From Plasmodiophora brassicae (taxonomy: Eukaryota): a DNA stretch of 64,000 nucleotides. Shown here one piece after another: positions 33,979 through 45,726 of the stretch. The notes under the pieces are model-generated. The model was not told the origin of the DNA. It saw nothing but the letters and a program-made list of their open reading frames with translations, and ran no database searches. The position numbers and the translations under genes were made by a program. The stretch spans positions 1,054,001 to 1,118,000 of the forward strand of contig CP145420.1 of the NCBI GenBank assembly GCA_036867785.1, in the 5' to 3' direction. The first letter of the stretch is position 1; every line of letters begins with the position of its first letter.

Positions 33979-35494
33979 ATGGCGACGCCCCGTCTGGACA
34001 TCGACGCCGTCCTGAGATCCATCACCGACCGGATCGCCCGCGAGAACCAAGGCGCTGCTGCCGTACAGCCGCCGCCGGCCTCGTTCGGCGCCGACCTGCC
34101 GCCCGCGTACTGGGTCGCCCGCGTACTGGGTCGCCCGCGGCATCGTGGACGCAGGCCACCAGGCGTGCGATGCCAGCGCCGAATCGCTGACGGTCGGCGT
34201 GCACTGGGAGAGCGCGCTGCTGGCGCACGCCTTCCAGACGGGCACCCTCGACTGCAACGCGAACCGGGCGCTGGCCGGCGCCGTTTGGCAGAGCGCCCTG
34301 CGGCTGCTCGGCGACCTCCACGATCGGCTCTGGCGGCGCATCGCCTGCCCTGCCGACGCGTACGCGCTGCTCACCATCAAGGGCGGGTCGCCGCGAACGC
34401 TGCTGGCCTTCGCCGACTACGCCAGGAGGAGCGGCGCCGGGTTCGATCGGCTCGTCAGCGGCGACGCGCCGAACGACGACGCGTACGGGAAGCTGTCCGA
34501 GGCGATGGTCCCCCCGATCCGGGAGACGCCTGCCGGGCTCGTCCAGCACTGGCGCCGTGCCTTCTTCTGGAAGTGGCGCCTGGAGAGCGACCCCGGGCAC
34601 CCCGATGCGACCGTCCGCGCCGTTGCCGATCGTCGCTTCCAGCGCTGCCTGGACGCCCTGGCGGCCTGCACGATCGTCGACGACGACGACGACCAGGCAA
34701 CGTCGCCGAGCGACTTCCTGGACGCGTTCCGGGACCCGGTCGGGATCGTCAGGGACGAGCGGCGCCCCGATGGGTACCCGGTCGAGCTGGACTCTGTCGT
34801 CGACGACCTGGATCGGGCGTTCCTCGCGCTGGGCACCATCACCATGGGCCTGGACGAGCTCAGCGGGGACCTGCAACGTGGGCGTCCAGCGCGCGACGAC
34901 CTGGACCGCGCGCTGCTGGCGCTGTGCGATCGAATCCAGCCGCGAGCGCTCTCGCTGCTGCACTCGTACCCGCCGGAAGTGCTCGCGATCCGCTCAACGC
35001 GGTCGTTGCGGGCGCAGGTCGACGAGGTGGCGCTGCCGCTGGACCTGGTGGCGCGCGCCATCGTCCAGGCCAGGGCGCGGTCCGGCCAGCGGCCCAGGCG
35101 CGGCGTGTACCTGTACAGCATCCCAGACGACTACACGCGCGCCGTCCTGGCGTCCGACCTGACCGCGTTGCGCATCGGCCACGTCGCCGGCCCTGGCGAG
35201 ATCGCCGTCCGCGTCGCAACGTACGACCTGTTCCAGCGACGGTTCGGTCGTGGCGTGTCGTTCTGCGGCCCGGCGGGCACCGCCTGGCAACTCCTGCAGG
35301 TGCTGCGGCTGGCGGGCCGCCCGATCTCGGACCGGGCGGCCGCCATCGCGTTCGCGTCCACCGCCTGGCAGTACATGGGCGCCCTGTACCATACGCGCGC
35401 CGAGATCGTCTGGGTCGTCGCCCTGGACGCCGGCCTCGACCCCGTCGACCTGTACGACCAGTTCGAGCGCAACGATCCTTCGTCGGCGCAATAA
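33979..35494 (+). pseudogene. intronless ~500-aa hypothetical gene frameshifted by a 16-bp tandem duplication
   Basis: GCCCGCGTACTGGGTC occurs twice at 34101-34132. Deleting one copy joins the ATG-33979 frame (MATPRLDIDAV..PAYWVAR) to ORF 34145-35494 (GIVDAGHQ..). Confidence 0.65.
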
Positions 35495-35600
35495 ACCGCG
35501 CCCGGCGGTGGGGCACCGTCGGAGACCGTCGGAGACAGGTGCGTCCGCTTGGGCACCATATACGGCTGCTGCGGGTGCGTGCCAGTCCGGCGAGCGTGCG

Positions 35601-37487
35601 ATGGCGACGCTGGTCGAGGTGGTCGTCGCCCTGGGCCCGCGCCTGTCCGACTACGAGGCGGACCCGCGCCTGACGTACGCCGTCCGCGACATGTGCGACA
35701 ACGGCAACATGCTGGCGCTGGAGATGCGGCAGCTGCGTCGCCAGCCCCGCATGATCATGGTGAACTCGACGGGCAAGGGCGGCGGCGTCGCCGAGGTCCT
35801 CCCGTCCAACGTCCAGGTCCTGCGCCGCATGGGCTTCGAGGCCTACTGGCTCGTGCTGACTCCCGACGACGACAGGAAGAGCCGCTTCTTCAACCTGACG
35901 AAACGACGTAGGGGGAGCGCGTATATACGCCTCGTGCTGCCCCATCGCTGACGTCCCCATGGCGCAGTGCACCGGCTGTTGCACGGGTACGTGGCCGAGG
36001 ACGGGTCGCGCGACGTGATCACCGAACAGGACGTGGCCGACTACGAGGCGGTGACGAGGGCGGCCGCCGACGAGCTCGTCTCGCAGGTCGCCGACGGCGA
36101 CATTGTCGTCCTGCACGACCCGCAGACGATCGGGATGGCGCCGCGCCTGCGCGCCCTGAACGACAATGTCGTGATCGTGTTCCGGTGCCACATCGGGTCC
36201 GACGAGACCAACGAGGCGTCCCGCGCCGGCTGGGACTTCCTGCGCCCGTACGTCCAGGTATCTGTCTGTTCACGATCAGGCAGCAGCTGGGTGCACTGAA
36301 CGTCGTCGTCGTCGTCATCGTGCAGTGCGCCGACAAGTCGGTGTTCTCGGCCACCGAGTACATCCCGTCGTTCCTGACGACGCGGGCGGTGGTGATCCCG
36401 CCAGGCATCGACCCGACCGACAGCAAGAACCGGGAGCTGTCGCCGCCTGACGTGACGAACATCCTGGCGAACGCCGGCCTGATCCGCCCGCACCACCCGC
36501 TCTGCATGCGCTCGTACCGGGCGACGGTCCGGCGCGTGCACGCCGACGGCACGTTCGGGTCGGCGATCGACCCGGACGAGTTCGGCTTCCTGTTCCGCCC
36601 GATCATCACGCAGGTGTCGCGCTGGGACGAACTCAAAGGGTGGATGCCCCTGTTCCGCGCGTTCGTCCGCCTGAAACGCGACCAGGTGGGCGGCGGGCGG
36701 GCGTGCCCACACACACGCGAGGTGGTTCAGCTGAACCAATGCGTTCCCGCAGCACCTGTACCTGTCGAGTCGCAGGCAGAAACGATCCCGGGAGCGGCAC
36801 GCGTGCCTGCTGGCCAGCGTGCGCCTCGTGCTGGCCGGGCCCGACCCGAGCTCGATCCAGGACGACCCGGATGCGGGCGCCGTCCTGCGCGAGCTCTGCG
36901 ACGAGTACGCCAAGCTGGAGCGCGACATCCAGGAGCAGATCGCGATCCTGTCGCTGCCGATGGAGTCGCGCAAGGAGAACGCCCTGATCGTCAACGCGTT
37001 GCACCGTTGCTCACTGGTAGAGTTGCCTGCCGTCAGCCGGTGGTGTGTGTGTGCGGTGCCCCTGTCTGACACGACGCGCGCGCGCGGTGGACAGATTGTC
37101 ATGCAGAACTCGATCAAGGAGGGCTGGGGGCTCTCCTGCACCGAGGCGATGCTGAAGGGCCTGCCCGTCATCAGTACGCGCGCGTGCGGCATTCGCCAGC
37201 AGATCAACGACGGCATCGAAGGGCGGCTGGTGCAGGACCCGAACGACGTCGAGGAGCTGGCGCAGACGATGAGCGACGCGCTGAAGAACCTGAAGCAGAG
37301 CGAGGCGCAGGGCGTCAAGGCGCGTCGCCGCGTGTTCCAGGATTTCACCATGTTCCGGGTCATCATCAAATGGTGCGAACTGTGGCGCCGCCTCGTCGAC
37401 GAGAAGCGCATCGCCTTGTCGTGCGCGGACGGGTACCCGTCGACGGCGACGACGACCGACGACGAGTCGATGACGGAACGCGACTGA
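35601..37487 (+). CDS. GT4 glycosyltransferase, TreT / trehalose synthase-phosphorylase-like
   Basis: VNSTGKGGGVAE, FFNLTK..H..LHG, VLHDPQ, FRCHIG, QVSRWDELKG, IVNAL, QNSIKEGWGLSCTEAM (EX7E). About 4 introns. Confidence 0.88.
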
Positions 37488-37521
37488 GCAACGTTGCAGA
37501 TCAGTAAAGCGTTTAACCTCG

Positions 37522-38400
37522 TCATGCCTGCGTGGCGATGCGCTCCAGCAGCCGCATGGGCCCGCCCACGTCCTGCTGCAGCGTCGTCATCTGCGAGTCG
37601 TCCTTCAGGAAGATGCATCCGGCGAACGCCAGCGAGTTCACGCCGATGCCCATGCACTGGCTCGCTGATCGCGGCACGACGACCATGAAGTCGCTGCACA
37701 GCAGCCAGCTGTACGACGTGGACGTGTCCAGGGCCAGGGCGCCCAGCATCGACAGGTACAGCTGCTCGACGGCGTCGGGCGTCGCCGGCGCCTGCTCGCT
37801 GAACCGGACGGCCCGGTGCCGGAAGCGCCAGACGTCGATCGTGAACGTCTGCAACGGCGGCACGTGGTCGTGACGCGCGATCACGTCGGCGAGCGGGACG
37901 TCGTCCAGCTGGTCGGTCTGGCGCCGGGGGATGATTTGCACATGGAAATGCGGCTGTGTGCCGCCGCTGTCCGGCCCGTGGTTGAAGAACGCCAGCCCGT
38001 GCAGGGCGTTCATGCACGGGATGATGCAGCGCAGGGCGCCGGCCGTCAGGTTGCGGTTCTGCGGCTGGAACTCGGTCGTGACGACGAGGACGTGGCGGGC
38101 GGAGATGCAGAACTTGTTGAGCAGCAGGCGGTGCTGGTCGTCGAGATCGCCGACGAACAGGCCCGTCTCGAACGGCGGCAGGAACGGGAACCGCGGGGCG
38201 ACGCGCTGCCGCGCATCGGACGCCTCCTTGGCCACCAGGTTCTGTGCAATCCGCACCTGGAACCGCATGCCGCTGCCGTCGTCGTCGACCACGACGACCT
38301 CGCCCGTCCGAATCCCGACGAGGGTGCCGGCCCCGCGGCCCGCCTCGATACACGCATCGACGCGACGCACGAGGTCGGCGGCATCGCCCGCCAACATCAT
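37522..38400 (-). CDS. ATP adenylyltransferase / Ap4A phosphorylase (APA family), intronless
   Basis: PFLPPFE..LFV, LLLNKF..HVLVVT..F.PQ, FFNHGPDSGGTQPHFHVQ (HXHXQ), VNSLAFAG. Confidence 0.88.
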   Translation of the reverse strand: MMLAGDAADLVRRVDACIEAGRGAGTLVGIRTGEVVVVDDDGSGMRFQVRIAQNLVAKEASDARQRVAPRFPFLPPFETGLFVGDLDDQHRLLLNKFCISARHVLVVTTEFQPQNRNLTAGALRCIIPCMNALHGLAFFNHGPDSGGTQPHFHVQIIPRRQTDQLDDVPLADVIARHDHVPPLQTFTIDVWRFRHRAVRFSEQAPATPDAVEQLYLSMLGALALDTSTSYSWLLCSDFMVVVPRSASQCMGIGVNSLAFAGCIFLKDDSQMTTLQQDVGGPMRLLERIATQA

Positions 38401-38630
38401 CCCCCCGAACCGACACACGACACCCCGACTGTGCCGACTGTGCCGAGGCGACCGGCGACGCCAAAAAACGATACGAAACGACGTCCAAAACAGGGCGGAA
38501 CAGTCGGCTCGGCCAAAATAAAAATAAAAACAACGGGACGCAAGCCCAGAGACAAGCCCGGGTCGGCGTCCACCTGCGAAGTCACGACCTACTCAAACCG
38601 GCGAGAGCCGCCACGCAGAGCGTTGATCCG

Positions 38631-40337
38631 TTAGCCAGCAACGGCGTCGGCGCCATTGTTAGTGACCTCGAGTCGCGGGTCGTCGCCGCAGCTGCGATGG
38701 GCGGAGGCGAACGCGCACGCCACGAGGCCATTGCCGGACAGGGCAGCGCGGCTCTGCGCGTACTGCTCGAGCTTCCGGACAGCGGCGTCGTCGCCGGCAC
38801 GGCCGCAGCAGGTGACCAGGCGGGTGAACACAGGGGCGTCGACGTCCATCTTGGCCCGCACCATCTCGTCAAACGTGGCCATGGCGTCGACGACGCGCTG
38901 CGCGTTGACGAAGACGGACAGGATGTTGGTCCAGGCCGCCACGTTCAGGCGCAGGCAAGCGCCCTTCAGACGCGCGATCACGTCGATGGCGTCGGCGAAC
39001 CGGCCGTGATGGCTATACGCGGCGATCATCGCATTGAACGTCGACACGTCTGGCGGCGCCGATCGCGGCCGGCCGATTCGCCGTTGGAAGACGGCCGCGG
39101 CGGCCTGCACCTCCCCGCAGCGGTCGTACGCCGAGATGAACGTCCGAACGATGACTTCGTCGTCGTCGGCCCAGCAGCGGTCCTGGGCGATGCGTTCCAG
39201 CTGGCGGACGGCCGTCACGTCTTGGCACCGACCGTACGCCGACGCCAACGCGGCCACAACGAACGGGTCGCCCAGCAACGGTTCGGCCGCGTGTTCGATC
39301 GCGTACCGATGCAGCGCCTGCAGGGAGGCACGATCGCGAGCGCGACCTGAACACGCGCACAGGACCGAGAAGACGGGGCCGGAGATCATCAGGTTCCTGT
39401 CGACCATCGCCCTGAACAGCGCCATCGCGTCGCCGAGTCGGTCCGCGTCGCCCAGGGCGGACAGGACGTTCGTGCAGACCGGCATCGACGGCGGCAGGCC
39501 GATGGAGTTCATCACGTCCAGCGCCTGCAACGACGTGCCCAGACGGTGATCGGCGAGCAGCGCCTTAACCAGGTTGCCGAGCGACGCGTCGACAACGTGC
39601 CCGGGGTCGACCGACCCGGTCCGGATCATGTCCAGCAACCGTTCGGCGGTATCGGCGCCTGCCTGGACCGAGGACGACGATTCCGCGCAGCAGGCGGCGA
39701 ACATGGAGAACAGCCTCGTCGACATCTCGACGTGGTTGTCGACAACGTCGGCGACGAGCGGGAGCGCCGCGTCGGGATGCGACGCCTTCCGGCACAGGTG
39801 CGCCATGGCGTAGATGCTGGAATGGGTACGCGGGCCGTGCCTCGTGTACAGGTCCAGGGCCTCCTGGAAGATGGGCGGGTCCGTCGCCAGGCACGCGTGG
39901 ACGAACGTCCCGAACAGGGTGTCGTTGGGGACGATCCCGCGCCCGACGGCCGTGCTGAGGATATGCGGCGCCTTCCCCGGTAGGTTCCGCCTGCAGAACG
40001 ACATCATGGCCTGGTAGAAGGCGATCTCGGGGCGTGTGCCCGTCTCCAGAACGGAGTGGAACACGGCCAGGGCCCGGCCCGGTGCGGTTTCCGCCTGCAG
40101 AGCCCGGACCGCACGAGGGACGGAAGGAGCGCGCAGGAACCGGACGTACGCCGGCGAGGGCGGGGCGGACCGGCCGGCCGCATCGTGAGGCGGACGCGAT
40201 CGGTGATCCGCATAGCAGCGACAGTGACGACCCGCCCAGGCGGCGTAGGCAGACGGGTGCTGCTGCTGCTGCCGGGCGCCAACGATGACGCGTCGCGACG
40301 CCAGACGCAGCAGCATGCGGACGCCCACGTTGCTCAT
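38631..40337 (-). CDS. pentatricopeptide-repeat protein, probably mitochondrial
   Basis: Arg-rich presequence (MLLRLASRR) and repeats such as PDVSTFNAMIAAYSHHG, FISAYDRCGEV and WTNILSVF..A.ATFDEM. Confidence 0.85.
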   Translation of the reverse strand: MSNVGVRMLLRLASRRVIVGARQQQQHPSAYAAWAGRHCRCYADHRSRPPHDAAGRSAPPSPAYVRFLRAPSVPRAVRALQAETAPGRALAVFHSVLETGTRPEIAFYQAMMSFCRRNLPGKAPHILSTAVGRGIVPNDTLFGTFVHACLATDPPIFQEALDLYTRHGPRTHSSIYAMAHLCRKASHPDAALPLVADVVDNHVEMSTRLFSMFAACCAESSSSVQAGADTAERLLDMIRTGSVDPGHVVDASLGNLVKALLADHRLGTSLQALDVMNSIGLPPSMPVCTNVLSALGDADRLGDAMALFRAMVDRNLMISGPVFSVLCACSGRARDRASLQALHRYAIEHAAEPLLGDPFVVAALASAYGRCQDVTAVRQLERIAQDRCWADDDEVIVRTFISAYDRCGEVQAAAAVFQRRIGRPRSAPPDVSTFNAMIAAYSHHGRFADAIDVIARLKGACLRLNVAAWTNILSVFVNAQRVVDAMATFDEMVRAKMDVDAPVFTRLVTCCGRAGDDAAVRKLEQYAQSRAALSGNGLVACAFASAHRSCGDDPRLEVTNNGADAVAG

Positions 40338-40683
40338 TAATGGGTGCGCGCGCGCAACGCCAACAATGGCGCCGCCCACCGGAACCCTGCCTGCCCCACG
40401 ACGTCAGCGGCTCGCCGGACGTCTATTATACATTGTTCGACCGTTCGCCGGGAAACAGTCGGCGCTTGGTCGACGCGTGCCGGGGTAGGTAGGGGCTCGG
40501 ATCGGCGATTGTCAAGTCGTGTCGAGGCGTATACGGGGGCCCACGGGTCGGGTCGGGACTCGTCAGGAGCCCGTTTAGGAGGCGCAACGCAGGCAGGGTC
40601 GGGGAAGGCATACCTAGATTTGTGTGGTCGGCGTGGGCGGACGGCAGGATTCATCGATTTCGACAAGCGCGCAGGTGGACGAT

Positions 40684-41215
40684 ATGGTGATGCTGGACAA
40701 GGAGGTGGAGCGGGCGGCGCGAGAGCGCTGGCACGACCCGAAGTACATGGAGCCGCCGGACGATCCCAAGCTTCTCATGTCGCAGGGCATTGACGAGGAG
40801 ACGGCCAGGAAGGAGTATTTCCTGGCCACCGCCGACCTGAACGGGGTCACACATCTGCCACCGATCACGGTCGATGAGAACGGGCACCCCTTGCGCAAGC
40901 CATGTACAGTGTGATCAGTATCCCGCTATCACGTGCACTCCTGACATTCGGTTGCTCATGTTAGTGGAGCTGTTATCCAAGGACGAGGTCATCCGCCTGG
41001 CCGTCAAGAAATGGGGAGAGGACGAGCTGGCTCGGAAGCAAGAAGCACGGATCCACCATCGCAAGAGTGTTCAGCGCGACGATTACCAGGAACAGCCTTT
41101 CCACGCGCGTCAGGACGCCCCATCGCGTCGCAAAGACCGCTCCGAAGAGCGCCACCGCCAGGCGATGTCTCGTCGTCAGCACAAATCGCCACCAGTGGCC
41201 ACCGGGTCGCTCTAA
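40684..41215 (+). CDS. small protein with XPA C-terminal-like domain
   Basis: IDEETARKEYFLATADL...LELLSKDEVIRLAVKKWGEDEL resembles XPA_C. Intron at 40904-40964. No N-terminal Zn finger. Confidence 0.55.
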
Positions 41216-41456
41216 TGGACCTGTTTAACGACCTGATCCGACGACGCGATGCGCGTTCCATAAACAATTTCGAACAAGGGCCACGATAAATGCACTCAGC
41301 TTCGTACCTACCAATAGACCTACGCGTCCAGGCGGAAATAGCATTGACAACGAACCTAGGATCGCCGAAATAGGTAACCAAATTCCTAAATTTGGAAGGT
41401 CAGGTCACGTTGCCCGGAAGGCCAATGGCCTTCAGAACCACGAGATCGTTCGTGAT

Positions 41457-42140
41457 ATGAGTCGGCCGTCAGCCAGCCTGCCTGTGGGGTTCCAGAAGTC
41501 GTCCAGCAATTATGCCATGGTGCGGAAAGCGATGCTGACGGTGTTCTCTGTCGGCGTCATCGCCCTGTCGGCCGCCCAGTGCTGTGTGTCGTTTCTGGCC
41601 GTTTCCGTATGGGACGGGAGCGGAGCGGAATCTACGAACGGTCGAAACCCGCTGCATAGGACGCGATACGCGATCATTGCCTGCGGGTGCGTCGGAGGCC
41701 TGATCGCCACCTGTACTGCGATGTCTTGCGCCTACCTGTACGGGAGGTTTGCCGTTGGGCACAGGAGTTACCCGCGTTGGGCCACCGGAATTCATCTGGC
41801 CCACCTGGTGCTGAGTCAGCTCGCCGTTGCGGTCCTGATCACATGCGAGTCAATGGACCGACGCGATTCGCTCGCAGGCATGTCGCCGAACGGTAAGGCA
41901 GAGTGGCAAACGGAACAGGAACACGGCCACCCTGCTATATACCCTGTCCGATTCGTCGCTCTGGCGCTGGCCTCGTGGAACGTGGTCGGCCTGCTTGTGG
42001 CTGGCATTGTAAGCATCGCGTTTAAGCACAAGGCACCGTTGACAGGGAAGCAGATTGCGTTCGTTGCAGCACCTACTGCCAGCGTGTTTCTAGCGGTTAA
42101 CAAGACAATCGATTTCGAAATGGGCTTTGAGCATCAGTAA
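41457..42140 (+). CDS. hypothetical multi-pass (about 4 TM) membrane protein
   Basis: 227-aa intronless ORF with four hydrophobic segments. Confidence 0.65.
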   Translation: MSRPSASLPVGFQKSSSNYAMVRKAMLTVFSVGVIALSAAQCCVSFLAVSVWDGSGAESTNGRNPLHRTRYAIIACGCVGGLIATCTAMSCAYLYGRFAVGHRSYPRWATGIHLAHLVLSQLAVAVLITCESMDRRDSLAGMSPNGKAEWQTEQEHGHPAIYPVRFVALALASWNVVGLLVAGIVSIAFKHKAPLTGKQIAFVAAPTASVFLAVNKTIDFEMGFEHQ

Positions 42141-42530
42141 TCGCGACTGCCAGCGGGTCGCGTCAGGAATAACGCAACAAACGAAAATAATGGAAATCGC
42201 CCAGGTCACAGCCAATGTGCCCGCGCATCGCTGAGCAACGGTCTACCCAGTAAACATCTTCAAACACACGGTTCCTGGCGAATGTATCTGCCCAAACCAG
42301 GTCGTCAGCTCACCCCATTTCTGAGCAGTACCATGTGCCGTCTTACAATTGAATTTGAACGTCGTACAATAGAACTTGATCGCGATCATCATGGAATGTA
42401 GGCGCCGTCGATCGTCAGGTAACTCCTCGTTGTCGTACAGGATAATGGTCTACCAGAGGGGGTACAACCAGATTTGGGATCGTGAAGAAGGACGCGGACA
42501 CCTGGGACGAGGCAGAACCGTAACTGCGTG

Positions 42531-42915
42531 TCACAAAAGCTTCTTGGGCGTGAATGCGCCCATCTCCTGTATCCTGGCATACTTCTGCTGGACGCCCTCC
42601 AGCCGCTTATCCAGGTTATTCCGTTCAATCAGCAACCTGTTGACCTCGTTCTTGTCGTTGGAACTCAGCGCCCAGTCGATATGGAACTGGATGTCATCGC
42701 GTTGCTGGCGCAGCGTCGCGTACTCTGTATACCGCATCCGGGGGCGTCAGACGCGTGAGTCCCCCCGCGCGCGCGCGCCCTGCCCCGCCGCACATACCCC
42801 GCTCTACAGCAATCAACCTGTTGCGCCGCTGGATCGTGCGCATGACGATGCGCGCCGACATGGCCGCGAAGGCGACGACGATCAGGGTGATCAGCAGGCG
42901 CGCGATCAGGTCCAT
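42531..42915 (-). CDS. small single-pass membrane coiled-coil protein
   Basis: MDLIARLLITLIVVAFAAMS, then an intron, then EYATLRQQRDDIQFHIDWA..LDKRLEGVQQKY. Confidence 0.65.
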
Positions 42916-43095
42916 CGGCACTGCGCCCGTCCAATGTCCGGCGCAAACGCGCCTTTTTTGTCCCACCCGACTGCTCCGCGGGAACCGCTCCGTTCAACGT
43001 CTGCGCACCTGTTTACTATTATTAGGCACACCAGTGTACGGTAGTATCGATCGCGACGGCCACGTCTTAAACGACATTGGCGTGCTGGTCAGCCG

Positions 43096-44504
43096 ATGGT
43101 CCTGGCGGCGTCGTCGAGCACGTCGGCGCTGGTCGACGCGATCTCGACAGGGGCGATCGGTCCGGTGCTGGACTTGTCGTACGGGAAGGTCGTCGCCGAC
43201 CTCGGCAAATTCGAGCAAATCTGCAACGCGTTGAGCGCGTCGACGAACGTGTATGCCGTCGAGCTGGCCGGGTGCGAACTGTCGATCGAGCACGCCGTAC
43301 TGCTAGCCCGAACGTTGGGTGCGAATCGCGGGATTCAGGTCCTGGACCTGGCTGGCACCGCGTACGTTTCGCCGTTCTGTGCGCGAACTCGGTGCCTGAC
43401 TGTCTCCGCGTAGGCTCGACGACGACGCCTTGTCCGAATTGTGCAACGCTGTCGCAAAGTCGTCCTTGCTCTGCCGGCTGTCTCTCCATCACAATGCACT
43501 AGGTTGGCATGGTTCGTACCACCGGGCCGTACGTTCGTTATCGTAACTGGTGATCCTGCGCAGGCGAGACCTCGGCGTCGACGCTGTCGGACGTGATTTC
43601 GTCGAACAAAGCGATCCGGAACCTACAGATAGGGTGCAACCCGTTCTGCGAAGGGCAACGGGAACCTGTGGACCAGGCGCTACAGACGCGCCCCGAGCTG
43701 AACTGCGACCTGATCGTTGATATCAAGCCAGAGGACCGTCCCGTCCTCGAGGCGCCCGAGAAAAAGTGGCTCACGGTACCCGTCCGACAGCGATACGCGA
43801 AGTGCAAACCAAACCAGTTGGACTACTACCAATGTAGACGGGCGCCGCATATCGCTCGGCATGTATATACGTGATGGGATGACGATCTGTGCAGGCGTGG
43901 CTAGCGGGAACACGGCCCGCTTGGGCAAACTGATGAAGGCACTGGGCAAGGAAATCGATATCGCTGCATGCCATCCGGAGGGGTTCACAGCAATGCACAT
44001 CGCGGCTGCGAATGGTCATGCGAAGATGCTCAAGGAACTGCTCAAGGTATGCATTCGCCGTAGTCCTCATCGTTACAGCAACCGACAGCCTGTCGTAGAT
44101 GGGCGTCCCGTTTGACACAAAACTGCCATGTGACCTTGGCGGCCATCCGAGGTGGTACGCGACGCCTGCCGGAAAGATGATGAGGTTCGCCCTGTCCAGA
44201 CGCTCGACTCCCCTGTTCTTCGCCGTGGCCGCCGGCAGTATCCCGTGCGTTAAGGCGCTTCTAGCCGCTGGCGACAAAGCATCGGAACCGTCGGTCGCGG
44301 CTTGTTCGCGTGCTTGAACAATCGCTGACACGCCAGCCCAACAGGAACGCGAACGAGATCTGGCCCGTCGATCTCGCCTCGGAGCCGTGCCGCGCCGAGC
44401 TGCCCGTCGTCGACAAGGAGGTCGCCATGAAGATCGAGATGGAGCGCCGCGTCAAGGCCGCCAGATCAAAGAGCGCCGCCGGCAAGACCAAGAAGAAGAA
44501 ATAG
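43096..44504 (+). CDS. LRR (RNI-like) + ankyrin-repeat protein, multi-exon
   Basis: VELAGCEL, IQVLDL, LQIGCNPF LRRs; GFTAMHIAAANGH and TPLFFAVAAG ankyrins; Lys-rich tail. Confidence 0.75.
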
Positions 44505-44685
44505 AGTCGCGCGATCGGACCAGGCCAATCGATCGAATCGAGATCCCCATGAGGTGTCTCCTCCGTGCGTGGACTGCAGACGCGCCGGTGGGCTGCGCGC
44601 CGTTCGTGTTTTGTGCGCGCGGAACGATCGACTGGCAGAGAGTGCGGGAGCAAAGTGGGTACTTGGTGCTTGGTCGGCGGTTGAG

Positions 44686-45699
44686 ATGCGCGTGGAGCCG
44701 TTGCATGGTGGTCACCTCGACGACGTCGTGGTGGTTGCGGGTGACGATGACGACGACGGCGACGGGGTGCCGATCGACCGCATCCTGGCGGGGCGTCCGT
44801 TTCGGGTCGCGCGCCTGCTCATGGATGACGTGGCGGTGATGTCGCCGGGCCAGGTCGACCTCGTCCTGCACTGCCGGTGCCGCTGGCTCAGCCTGCAGCG
44901 ATGCGCATCGCTGACGGCGGGGTTGATGGCCGATCTGGAGCCGGCGTTCGCCCGCCTGCATCACCTGGACCTGTCGGGGAATTCCGCCCGGGAGCACCTC
45001 GACGTCGTCGTCATCGCGCGAGTTCTCCCTCGCCTCACCGAGCTGATCCTCGAGGGATGCGACCTGGTCAGCGACGACGTCGTCGTCCTCGCCGACGCCA
45101 TGCGGGTCGACCCGCGTCGGATGCGACTCCTGAACCTGTCGGCGAACGCCGGCCTGGGCGACGAAGGCCTCCAGGCGCTCTGCGCTGGACTGGAAGGGCA
45201 TGCGAACCTGGCCGATCTGTCGTTGGCGGACTGTGGCCTGACGGCCGCCGGCGCGTCCCTCCTGTCCGACGCCCTGGCCACGCTGCCCGATCTCCAGTCG
45301 CTGAACCTGGAGTTCAACGTCGTTGGCGACGACGCCGTCGCCCGCCTGATGAACGTCATGGCACAGACGGGGACCGTGCGGTCGGTGAACGTCGCCCAGT
45401 GCGGGTGCGATCCGATAAAGGTGGTCGAGGCGGCCGCCGCCGTCCCCACCATCGTCGACCTGGTCTGCGATGGGGCACCGGCGCCGGCGGTCGCATCCGT
45501 CGTCGAGAGGCATCGCGCGGCGTGCTCGGAAGCCGCCAAACTGATCTTCCTGGCGTCGCGCCCGGCCAGAACGCTCCTGTGCAACCCGAGCTTCGATCGG
45601 GAACTGCTCAACCTGATCTTCGACCTGGCCCTGCCCGCGTCCGACGCCGACCGTCGTCGTCGCCGGGGACGGCAACGACACCAGTTGTGCCAGTGCTGA
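44686..45699 (+). CDS. RNI-like leucine-rich repeat protein
   Basis: LHHLDLSGN, LTELILEGCDL, LLNLSAN, LADLSLADCGL, LQSLNLEFNVVGD. Confidence 0.85.
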   Translation: MRVEPLHGGHLDDVVVVAGDDDDDGDGVPIDRILAGRPFRVARLLMDDVAVMSPGQVDLVLHCRCRWLSLQRCASLTAGLMADLEPAFARLHHLDLSGNSAREHLDVVVIARVLPRLTELILEGCDLVSDDVVVLADAMRVDPRRMRLLNLSANAGLGDEGLQALCAGLEGHANLADLSLADCGLTAAGASLLSDALATLPDLQSLNLEFNVVGDDAVARLMNVMAQTGTVRSVNVAQCGCDPIKVVEAAAAVPTIVDLVCDGAPAPAVASVVERHRAACSEAAKLIFLASRPARTLLCNPSFDRELLNLIFDLALPASDADRRRRRGRQRHQLCQC

Positions 45700-45726
45700 G
45701 TGGACGGCACGACCCCCTGTCGTACT

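Noticed and set aside
36041-38533. 830-aa minus-strand ORF and similar long Arg/Ala/Pro-rich ORFs (e.g. 33565-35673, 50238-52454, 34860-36191)
   Set aside because: Shadow frames of real GC3-rich genes; low-complexity translations without domain motifs.
41396-41422. SRP helix-8-like words (AGGTCAGGTC, CCGGAAGG)
   Set aside because: The words are not contiguous and do not fold into the SRP domain IV hairpin.
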